Origin: Heterodontus francisci
Taxonomy: Eukaryota
Assembly (NCBI RefSeq): GCF_036365525.1
Contig: NC_090403.1
Span: forward strand, 40,797,095 to 40,861,094
Length of the DNA stretch: 64,000 bases
Direction: 5' to 3'
A program made the position numbers and the translations under genes. The notes beneath the pieces were generated by a model. That model searched no databases, was not told the origin of the DNA, and worked only from the letters and a program-made list of their open reading frames with translations. This document shows positions 50,552 through 61,063 of the stretch, piece after piece (the first letter of the stretch is position 1; each line of letters begins with the position of its first letter).

Positions 50552-52574
50552 CAAATTGAATGTATAAACTGACACTGGGCAGCAGGGAAAATATCTGAGA
50601 TCCTGAATGAGATCGTAAAAACACCCAGACATCCAGGTTTCTCCACTTCATGCCTCGGAAAGCTTATTTAAACAAAACATAAAAATGGTGATGCAAGCAC
50701 AAATACAATTGCAATGTTGCAAGCTTTATTCAGAAGTTCCTCAAAGAAGTAAAAGGCTCAAATTTCCTCTTCAGGGCAATAGCAATGGGCGTTTTGTGAA
50801 TCAGACCTTGTACATGTCCTTTGTCTGCATTCCTGACCTGCTCCATTCTACACGGTCAAGTACAAGTTGAGCACAGGAGCTATTTACAGTCTTGTTTTAT
50901 GCCTATCTCAGGTGAGGGAAAAGAAATTGTGACAGTGCTTTGTCACAACGTAGGTTGTCTCAATTAATTCACTGCATGATTGCATGTCCACTGATATTTT
51001 ATAATACTAAACAAATAATGGTGTTAGCTTGCTTGAGCATGAACTCAATCATTTTGAAATTATGCCTTTTTCAAAAGTAGATTAGTAACATGCAAAGCAA
51101 GTAGGATCAATGTGGATATTTTTCAGAGCTCTACTTGTACTGTACACAGTTCTAATTTTGCATTTCAAAATTTTTCTAAATAGTTCATAAGGAAAAATAG
51201 TCCCATATTTCTTTCCCAATATAGTCTATAAATGTAGCTGGGTTTTGCTCCTTATACATATCAAATTCTATTTTCGCTTTCTGTGCTCCAAATGATAGGC
51301 CTGTGCCTGATTTTAACCCATTCAAAACCCATCCACTTAAACAGAGTTAAAATCGGGCCCAGGCTAAGGTGTCAACCAATCAACTGCAAATTTAGGGTCA
51401 TTTACTGTTATGCGAGTCTAGGCAGCAATTTTTTCTTCAGAAAATAAGGTAGTCACAGAAAGTGTGATTGAATAGTAATAACAGCCAACACTGTACTGGT
51501 GAGATGGAGGAAAGCAATCTCATCCTTCAAATTGACGGTTGTTATTGAAATGATGAATTATTTTACATGAAATTTGATATTTCATTACCTTAGCGTTTTC
51601 ACGTGAACTAGCACAGACAGGAGCAAAACAGAAAAGCTGCTATTTATTCTTCAGAGAAGACTAATTTCTTTGTGAATCAAGGCCTGGTAGTCAGCCCCAC
51701 CTCACCAATATACCCACTGTGAGATGCACATAGTCATTGTGTGGATGTTGGATTTGGTGAAACTCACATACAGCATTCGTGAAGGGGACACTGATACAAA
51801 GCAGCAGTAAGACTGCTTGAAAAATTAAGCAACAAAAAAAAAATCAAAATTAATACAACCTTACGCACACTATCAACATCACAACAGAGCCAACACTTCA
51901 AAAGTACCTAATTGGCTATAAATCGCTTTGGGACCTCCTGAGGCCATGAAAGGCGCTATATAAATGCAATTCTTTCTTTCTTCTTTCTGTCTGAACCAAT
52001 AGGTTTAATTTTAATCGGCCCTTGGAGATGGGAATGGAGGCAGAGGTTGGTGGGGGGGGGGGGGGCATAAAATCAGGATGGGAGAAGTGGACCGGAGGTC
52101 CAACATTGTGATATCTCATCCCGATTTTATCGATGGTGGCAATAATGGAGGGTGGAGATCTGACACTGGCACAACGGGCAGGCAATTAAGGTAGTTAAGA
52201 AGCCTATTGACAGAGATTTTATTTGCAGTTTTCAATCTTATTAACAGCTTCAGAGCCTTGTCTGGTTGAAGGAAGCCACATGAAGGCGGGAGCTCATTGC
52301 TGGCGACAAAGGGAAGCCATCGGGAGAGGCAGCGTCAACTGCCAGGAAGGGTGGAGAAGGGAGGGCATCGGGAATTGTCTGAGGACTGGGGGCAAAGGTA
52401 CCAGCACTGTGGGGGAGCCATATAGGGGGGACAATGGACAAATGACACCTCGAAAGAGGAGACAAGTGCATGAAAGTAGGGGTGAGGGGGCTATAGGCTG
52501 TGAAGACCTTGCACTTGAAGAGAGGCCACCTATCGTGGGCCTCATTCATTCAGCCTTCAGGGAAAGAGTGCATT

Positions 52575-52842
52575 AATGCTTGTGGTGCCTTTGTCCCAGG
52601 ACAACTTTGTTATTTAATGTCTCCTGCCCTCTGCCCTATCACACACCATCCCTTTTGTCCTTTGTTCTCTTCCCCACTATCCCCCAGCACCCCCACACCT
52701 GCTCCACTTGTTTAAAACCTGATTCTTTTCTAACTTTTGCCAGTTCTGATGAAAGGTCACAGACCTAAAACATTAACTCTGCTTCTCTCTCCGCAGATGC
52801 TGCCAGACCTGCTGAGTATTTCCAGCACTTTCTGTTTTTATT
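52575..52842 (+). mobile_element. Penelope-like terminal repeat fragment with a decayed hammerhead motif
   Basis: A pyrimidine-rich body is followed by CAGTT-CTGATGA-aAGGTcacagACCT-AAAA-CATT-AACT and the tail shared with 7210-7336. Confidence 0.65.
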
Positions 52843-53666
52843 AACTCTAAAAGCACTTTTGGTGAAAACCTGTAAAGATAGCTTAAAGAGGCATTTCAGT
52901 TTGCAACTTTAATATTACTGATGAAAGCTTGGGGATTACAGAAGCCAATATTATTTCTTTATTTTTGTGTTTACTCTTGGAATGTGGGCAACGCTGGCAA
53001 GGGAACATTTATTGCCCATCCCTGGTTTTCCCAAGAAGGTGATGGTGGACTCTCTCATTGAACCACTGTATTCCTTGTGGTGATGGTTCTCCCTCCCACA
53101 ATAGTGGTCGGTAGGGAATTCCTGGATAGTAACCCAGTGATAATTACTATATGAGCATGTATTGAGCTTGTATCAGGACATCCCAGTTAAATAGTGGAGA
53201 GAGAAATTTGATATAAACACACTAAGTTTAGAATACTATTGCTCACCATCATCTCTAGGCTTTAGGTAAATCATACTGAATGGAGTCTCTGCCGACACAC
53301 TTCTTTACTGCATCAATGTATTTCGCTAGAGCAATAGAAAGTTTCTATTTGCCCTAACATGGTCCTAAACTTAGGTCGGCACTCTCAGGAGGGTAGGAGG
53401 GGCAGGGAGGTAGGTGATTAGTGTACCTCTGAAAAGCTGCAGTAGCAAAGGCTCAGGAACAGATCACCCACAAAATCTTCACCATCGAGGAGAGTAAAGA
53501 GAAAAATAGCTTCCAAAATGGAAGGGGGTGGGGGAAAGCAGCCCACGATAGAACAGACTTTGCTGAGTAAAAGGTTACAGGAGCCTGTTAGAAATAACGT
53601 CCTGGATTATTTAGAAGTTAAGAAAAAAAATGGCTTGACAATGCACGGAAACAAACACAGACTTAC

Positions 53667-53883
53667 CAGTAGTCTCAACAATTCCCTCCAGAATCACCAC
53701 AATTTCAAACTGATCACTTCTCAAAGATCGTTGAGACAGGTCAAAGAAGGGACTTTTAGGATTTATTTCATGACAAATAGTCAGCGGTGATACAAGGAAC
53801 AGTTGGTCTGCACCAGTCCCAAATCCAACATCCAACTCACACTGATCCAGGGGCAAGAACTCTCCTTCTGGGGTCTGCCTGGA
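53667..53883 (-). CDS. KCNJ3: Internal coding exon (exon 2) of the same GIRK1-like channel
   Basis: The 217-bp exon encodes [72 protein letters not shown](G). The acceptor is ttttctctcttgtcttcag|TCC and the donor is G|gtaagt. It joins in frame (G|GA = Gly) to the exon at 9575. Confidence 0.95.
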
Positions 53884-54196
53884 CTGAAGACAAGAGAGAA
53901 AAGACAATATTAGATTTGGAGCTAGTTCTTTGTATTGCTCCTGTTTACTCATTCAGCATAATCATAGGGTTTTTAACATTACATCAAGCTGATGTATTTT
54001 TAACATATATTCAGCTCTGCGAACTGTTAATAGCTTTCAACAGTAAAGTAATTGATTTTTTTTTAGAATTCAGAGTAATTTGCTCATGTTTCACCAATCA
54101 ATAACCTTCACAATAGCTGTTATAGAGTTCTGCATATCATTGCACAAGATTAAAATATAAAAGAACAAGAGATGAAAAGAAGATATGTGTGTTAAT

Positions 54197-55995
54197 TGTC
54201 AGGCAAGCCCCACACCTACCAAGACTGAGGCACAGATTATTTTGCCACATGAAGATTAAAACTTAAAATTGCAAGCCCCTGACTGGAAGGACATTTGTAT
54301 AGTACTAGCAGTGTTGGAACAATGGGGACCCAGTTGTTGCTTCCCCAATACACAGAAGAAGTGGTCAGACCAGTTTTAGTCACATGACTACCTGGCTGTT
54401 GCAGAGAATTTGAACATCCAACCAAGGATCTGAACTCAGACAAAGCCATGTGATCATGGAGTGAAGATCTCTCCTGGATCTGAAGCAAGAATTACCTCCT
54501 CTCCCGTCTGCCTGCTCCATCTCCATCTTACAATTTATATGGATGATTTGGAGTTGGGGACCACGTGTAGGGTGTCAAAGTTTGCAGATGACACTAAGAT
54601 GAGTGGCAGAGCAAAGTGTGCAGATGACTGTGAAACTTTGCAGAGGAACATAGATACATTGAGTGAGTGGGCAAAGGTCTGGCAGATAGAATACAATGTT
54701 AATAAATGTGAAGTCATTCATTTCGGTAGGATTAACAGTAAAAAGGATTATTACTTGAATGGTAAAAAGTTGCAGCATGCTGCTATGCAGAGGGACCTGG
54801 GTGTCCTTGTGCATGAATCGCAGAAGGTTGGTCTGCAGGTACAGCAAGTAATTAGGAAGGCAAATGGAATTTTGTCCTTCATTGCTAAAGGGATTGAGTT
54901 TAAAAGCAGAGAGGTTATGTTGCAGCTGTATAAGGTACTGGTGAGGCCGCACCTGGAGTAGTGTGTGCAGTTTTGATCTCCTTACTTGAGAAAGGATGTA
55001 CTGGCACTGGAGAGGGTGCAGAGGAGGTTCACTCGGTTGATTCCGGAGTTGAGGGGGTTGGTTTATGAGGAGAGACTGAGTAGATTGGGATTATATTCAT
55101 TGGAATTCAGAAGAATGAGGGGGGATCTTATGGAAACATATAAAATTATGAAGGGAATAGATAAGATACAAGTAGAGAGGATGTTTCCACTGGCAGGTGA
55201 AGCTAGGACAAGAGGGCATAGCCTCAAGATTAGAGGGAGCAGATTTAGGACTGAATTAAGAAGGAACTTCTTCACCCAGAGGGTTGTTAATCTATGGAAT
55301 TCCTTGCCCAGTGAAGTAGTTGACACTTCTTCAGTAAACATTTTTAAAGCTAAGGTAGATATCTTTTTGAACAATAAAGGAATTAAGGGATACGGTGAGA
55401 GCGCGGGTAAGTGGATCTGAGTCCACGAAAAGATCAGACATGATCTTATTGAATGGCGGAGCAGGCTCGAGGGGCCGGACGGCCTACTCCTGCTGCTAGT
55501 TCTTATGATCTCCTTCCCACAGAACTGAATCTTGTGAAAACACGTGAAACTCAAAGAGAAAAAAGTCTCCTATGTGAACAAGGTTTAAGAAGAACACTGG
55601 GCCCCGACAAAAGCAAGACTACTTACTAAAGGACTAAACAGTGAGCTCGAAGCACTGTAACAAGATATTGCCTCAAACTGTTCCACCTCATCTTTTCTGT
55701 CCCTATCTGCATGTATATATTGCATGTGCATGCTAGCTTGGGCACGTCGTATATCCATAGGCGTGAACCGTATTAGAGGTTAAGTTTAAGTTTTAATAAA
55801 TTTCATTTTTTTCTTCTTTAAACCTGAGAAAACATGGTGTGCTCATTTCTTTGCTTTATAATTGGAAAACTGTGAACAAGAATTCACAAAAAGGGAAGTT
55901 CAAAACATAGTGTGTTTAAAATTAAACCCTGTTACACTAAGACCAGGTAAAGACAGCAAAAGACCCCTTGACACATTTCTCACCTGGTCATAACA
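54197..55995 (+). mobile_element. Solo LTR interrupted by a CR1 insertion
   Basis: Termini TGT...ACA with flanks TAAT/TAAC, an AATAAA at 55795, and homology to 41480-42055. Confidence 0.75.
54525..55507 (+). mobile_element. Relatively young 5'-truncated CR1 LINE
   Basis: Peptide TIYMDDL...KFADDTK...LVRPHLE*...RRMRGDL...VVNLWNSLP has few lesions. It is flanked by ATCTCC direct repeats (54519-54524 and 55508-55513). Confidence 0.92.
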
Positions 55996-56339
55996 TAACA
56001 GTTATGTCTGCATCAGGAACTCTATAATCATCTACTATATGGGAGTCTAGCAGGGAGCATTCCTGGTAGTTTATGGAAGGAAAGAGAGGAGAGGAACTGA
56101 TCTATCAGTCAAGAGGAGGAATCGAGGGGAGAAAGAAATCCCACATTTAGCAGGGAGAGACGAAAAAGCTACCTCCAAATCCGAATGGTCAAGTGGAAAG
56201 TAAAGCAACACCTATTGCAGGTTTTATAGGATGTGGTCATAGAATCACAAAGAGAATCAAATTCTCACCAGCTGTCTCCTGGAACAAATAACAGCTGGTA
56301 AATACCAATTCAATAAAGATCACAAGTAGGAGTGGATGA

Positions 56340-56570
56340 TTGTTGCGTTCATCTTCCATTTCTCCCTTTCTTTCTGATTCCTTCATTTGTCCTTCATCAT
56401 TGTCCTTTATTTCACTTTTTCAATTCTTTTTGTTCATTCTGCTTTTTACTTTCTTTCCCTTTTTCAAGTTTCTTTTTCATTTTAGTAGATTTTGTTTTGC
56501 TTCTTTACATCCTTTATGCTCTCTCGCTCTCTCTCTCTCTCTCTCATTCCCCCTTATCTTTTATCTTTCT
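56340..56570. repeat. T/C-rich low-complexity tract including (CT)n
   Basis: A visible polypyrimidine and CT microsatellite that gives F/L/S-rich spurious ORFs. Confidence 0.8.
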
Positions 56571-57317
56571 CCAGAATACACTAGGATGCTAAACATACAA
56601 TGTACTAGCACAGCAGTATTTGATTGCATCTAACATTAATGGGAACCAATCCAACAGCCTAACCACATTAAAATGAAAAGTTGACAATGGTAATCTACCA
56701 GTCAGTATTCCATCCCTCGGTACATATAATTTAAACCCAGTGCAACCATTTAATTCTAGACGCATTTCATCACTATGTCTACTCTAAATAAAAGCATCAA
56801 ATTAGTGCCATGTTTGAAGACTGTTTTATGCTGCATCAAATTATCTGTTCACAATTAAGGGTTTATTTCCCTTTCGTTCTTAATTTCAGTAAAAAAAATT
56901 TGATGCAAGTAAACAAGTTAGCAAGACCGATAGAAAGCAATAACAAACATTTTGTACATTGTCTTCGGTACTTTGAAAACTTGCTCATAAAATAAAGCTG
57001 ATCTTAAAAAGAAACAAGATACATTTTCTGAGGTTTTTAAAGGTCTTTAATGACAGAATCAGACAGCCATGCACAGAGTTTGAGTGGGGAGTAGAAATGA
57101 AAATTGAGTTTTGAACTGTCATTCAGAACTATTGGGAATGGTAGTGCAAGCATTAAATTATTGGACTAGTAATGTAATGGCCTAGTTATGGAGTGTGGTA
57201 GTGCAGCTGTCAAGTAACTGGATGAGTTATCCAGATGTCCAGTTATGAGGTATGGGAAATGCAGTGGTTAAATTACTGGACTAATAATCTGGGAACCTGG
57301 TTACGGGGGTACTCTAC

Positions 57318-58760
57318 AGTCGTGGTGCCAGAGGACTGGAGGACAGCTAATGTACCATTGTTCAAAAAGGGAGAAAGGGATAGACAGAGTAATTACAGGC
57401 CAGTCAGCCTAACCTTGGTGGTGGGAAAATTATTTGAAAAAAGTTTCTGAGGGACAGGATAAATCTTCATTTAGAAAGGCACGGATTGATCAAAGACAGT
57501 CAACACACATTTGTTAAGGGAAGGTCATGTCTGACTAACATGATTGAATTTTTTTGAGGAAGTACCAAGGATGAGGGGAGTGTATTTGGTATAGTCTATA
57601 TGGATTTTAGCAAGGCTTTTGATAAGGTCTCACATGGCAGACTGGTCACAAAAGTAAAAATCCATGGGATCCAAGGCAAAATGGCAAGTTGGATCCAAAA
57701 ATTGGTTCAGAGGCAGAAAGCAAAGGGTAATGGTCGATGGGTGTTTTTGTGACTGGAAAGCTATTTCAGTGGGGTTCCGTAAGGGCTCAGTACTAGGTCA
57801 CTTGCTTTTTGTGGTATATATCAATGAGCTGGACTTGAACATAGGGGGTATAATTAAGAAGTTTGCCAACGATACAAAAATTGGCCATGTGGTTGATAAA
57901 GAAGATGAAAGCTGTAGACTGCAGGATGTTATCAATGGACTAGTCAGATGGGTGGAACAGTGGCAAATAGAGTTTAATCTAGAGAAATGTGAGGTAATGC
58001 ATTTGGGGAAGGCTAAATGATAGGGTACTGAGAAGTGTAGAGGAACAGAGGGACCTTGGAATGCATGTTTACAGATTCCTGAAGATGGCTGGACAGGTAG
58101 ATAAGGTGGTCAAGAAGGCATACAGGAAACTTGCCTTTATTAGCTGAGGCACAGAATATAAGAACTGGGAGGTTCTGCAGTAACTGCATTAAACACTGGT
58201 TAGACTATAGCTGGAGTACTGCATGCAGTTCTGGTCACCGCATTATAGGAAAGACGTGATTGCACTAGAGAAGGTACAGAGGAGATTTATGAGGATGTTG
58301 CCTGAACTGGAGAATTTTAGCTATGAGGAAAGATTGATAGGCTAGGGTTGTTTTCCTTGGAACACAGAAGGTTGAGGGGCAACCTAATTGGAGCGCATAA
58401 AATTATGAGGGGTCTAGATATAGTGGATAGGAAGGCCCTATTCCCCTTGGTTGAGGGGTCCATAACCAGGGGACATAGATTTAGGGCAAGAGGTAGGTGG
58501 TTTAGAGGGGATTTGAGGGGCAATCTTTTCACCCAAAGGATGTTGCAGAACAGGAACTCATTGCTGGAAAGGATGGTAGAGGCAGAAACCCTCATAACAT
58601 TCAAAAAATACTTGGATATGGAATTGAAGTGCTGTAACCTACGAGGCTACAGGCCAAGAGCTGCAAACTGGGATTAGGCTGGATAGCTACTTGCTGGCCA
58701 GTGTGGACATGATGGGCCAAATGACCTCCTTCCATGCTGTAAATTTCTATGATTCTATGA
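57318..58760 (+). mobile_element. CR1 LINE (RT region to 3' tail)
   Basis: Peptides VPEDWRTANVPLFKKG..NYRPVSLT, YINELD..KFANDTK and RRLRGNLI, with the tail TTCTATGATTCTATG. Confidence 0.92.
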
Positions 58761-58836
58761 CTAATATTCCAGACGGCTGATTATGGGGTATGGTTGTGTT
58801 GTGGTTATGTTACTGAATTAATAATCCGGAAAACAT

Positions 58837-59560
58837 GGGCTGAATTTTCCCACGGACATCAGGAACTCAATGTTGGGACCATTTCTGGGTCCCAAACCTG
58901 CGCATTTCAGATGAGTGCCCAATGGCCTCATATTTTATGGAAGGCTGCCAGTTAATTGGCCACCTCAGCATTCACTGTCCAATAAGTGACAGGGGGCGGG
59001 TTCTGAAGGCGGGAGCACAGGACATGGTGGCCCATTGCAATGGAGTCCGACAACCCCCACTGTGAGACAAGTGGATGCGTTTCTAACGGTCAGGCAGATG
59101 GAGCAGTACAGAGGCACTGCAGCTACCATCAGTGTCAGTGAAGGGGATGAAAAGTAAAATGTGCATCTCCTTGATTTCATTACCCAATGCCAAGGGGGTG
59201 ATATGGGCAGACAGCAGCTTTACCATTTGTTGCCAGTGAGCTCTTCAACGGCTTCAAAAGTAACAGGCTCCGACCTCCAGTTGTGAGGTCGCCTCCTCTC
59301 ACCTGCTGGGGAGTGAACACAGTGGGGGTGGGGGGCCATGTGCCGTTCACAACATTTCAAGTGTATCCAAAAATAGGAGCTAATTGCCCCTTTTTAGTGT
59401 ATAATTGTCTACCCACTGCTACCACTGTGCGCCCGCCTCCAGGCAAAAGTGTATGGAGGCAGAAAGATGTTGTGGAGCTGACCTGGTGCACAGCGTTCCA
59501 AATTACCACGCACCCCTCCGCCTATAAAGGCACCTCCACAAAGCTGGGAAAATCCAGCTC
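58837..59560. mobile_element. Harbinger-type MITE inserted in a tRNA-headed SINE (about 58785-59885)
   Basis: TIRs GGGCTGAATTTTCCC / GGGAAAATCCAGCTC with a perfect TSD CAT. The SINE reads through across the site (AAAACAT|GAATTCAAATCCC). Confidence 0.88.
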
Positions 59561-60439
59561 CATGAATTCAAATCCCACAATAGCAGCTTGAGAATCTGAA
59601 TTCAATTTGATCAAAAGCAAGTTATCAGTAAAATTGACCATGAAACTGTCAAATTGTGACAAAAACACAACCGGTTCATTAATGTGTTTTAGGAAACCTA
59701 CGGTCTTTGCACAGTCTGACTTGCAGGTTACTCCAGTACCAAGACGGTCGATTCTTAGCTGTCTTCTGAAAAGCCCCAGCAGGCTAATTAGTGATATTGA
59801 ACTGATACCAATGATTCAAGCAGACAGCTCACTACCACCTTCAACTGGGGTGGGCAATAAATGTCACATCCCAATAATTAAAAATAACCTGGCTTAGTGA
59901 TAATTAAAGGCAAGATCTGGAAATATTAACAGAATTAATAATTACTGTTTAAAAGTAATCACTGACAGATGCAAGGGATACAGCTTTGATTTTCTACTCC
60001 CACCAGTAGTCTTGATTCAACTTCCAATAGAAGTCTGGCTTTTTGGTTCATTCCCAGATGGCGACTTGCTACTTGTGAGACTAAATTTGTTAATTTCTTA
60101 TTGTAGCAAATGTCAGGGAAAAAATTTGAACACTTAAAACAGCTTCAAATAAATATTCACCTCCAAATGAAGTTTGGAGGCTCATTTGTCACTCACGGAA
60201 ATTTATTTATAATGTTTCTGCGGAAGAACAGGATCTCTGTGGTACTATCTATTCAGGCCTTCATGACTGCCATTGAAATTAGACTTCCCAAATATGTTAA
60301 AAATTTCAATTTTTTGCATAGGAACATTGCAGTCAATGGAATCAAATATTAGGTGTTGTGTAGAATGGGCGGCCAATCTGATATCGCCTGTTTTGCATGA
60401 CCTCCCAAGACAAATTTCTATCCCAAAGGCTTTAGTAGA

Positions 60440-61063
60440 TGGTTCTTGGACTGAATCAATTTGTCTTGAGTTGAGTAACAGAAGGGGAACTTGTTACACT
60501 ATTCAGAGCTTTTTACAGAGGCCCAAACAGTGAGAAGGAGATAGGTGAGCAAATTTGTTGGCAAATTTCAAAGGGTGTGTAACAAAAATATAGAAGTAAT
60601 ATTAGGACTCTAATTACCCTAATATAAACTGGGAAAAACATAGGGTTATGGATAGGGAAGGACGGAATTTCGGATATGTGTACAACAGAACTTTCTCAAT
60701 CAATATGTTTCCAGTCCAACAAGGAAGGAAGTAGAGGCATAGTCATTATGGTACAGAACAGGGCCATTTGGCCCATGGAGTCCATGCCAGCTCTCTGTAG
60801 AACAATCCATTCCCTCACTCTATCCCCGTAGCCCTGCAGGTTTACCTCCCTCAAGTGCCCATCCAATTTCCTTCTGAAATCATTGAGCGTCTCCACTTCC
60901 ACCACCCTCGTAGGCAGCAAGTTCCATGTCATTATCATTCCCTGCGTAAAAAATTTCCTTACACACCCCGCCCCTGCATCTCTTGCCCAAAACCATTAAC
61001 CTGTGTCCCCTAGTCCTTGTGCCATCAGCTAATGGGAACAGCTTTTCTTTGTCTACCTTATCT
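60440..61063. mobile_element. Two CR1 fragments: endonuclease-region piece on + (about 60440-60735) and 3' end on - (about 60735-61063)
   Basis: The + strand has FLNQYVSSPTRKE-like sequence. The - strand reads MIMTWNLLPTRVVEVETLNDFRRKLDGHL. Confidence 0.7.

Larger units (their letters stand above)
9576..53666 (-). other. 44,091-bp phase-1 GT-AG intron of the KCNJ3-like gene, packed with transposable elements
   Basis: Canonical donor and acceptor lie between two exons that give a continuous Kir3.1 peptide (ETTG|MTCQARTSY). Confidence 0.9.

Noticed and set aside
53884-53952. N-terminal extension [23 protein letters not shown] of the exon-2 ORF
   Set aside because: It is intronic polypyrimidine tract upstream of the AG acceptor.
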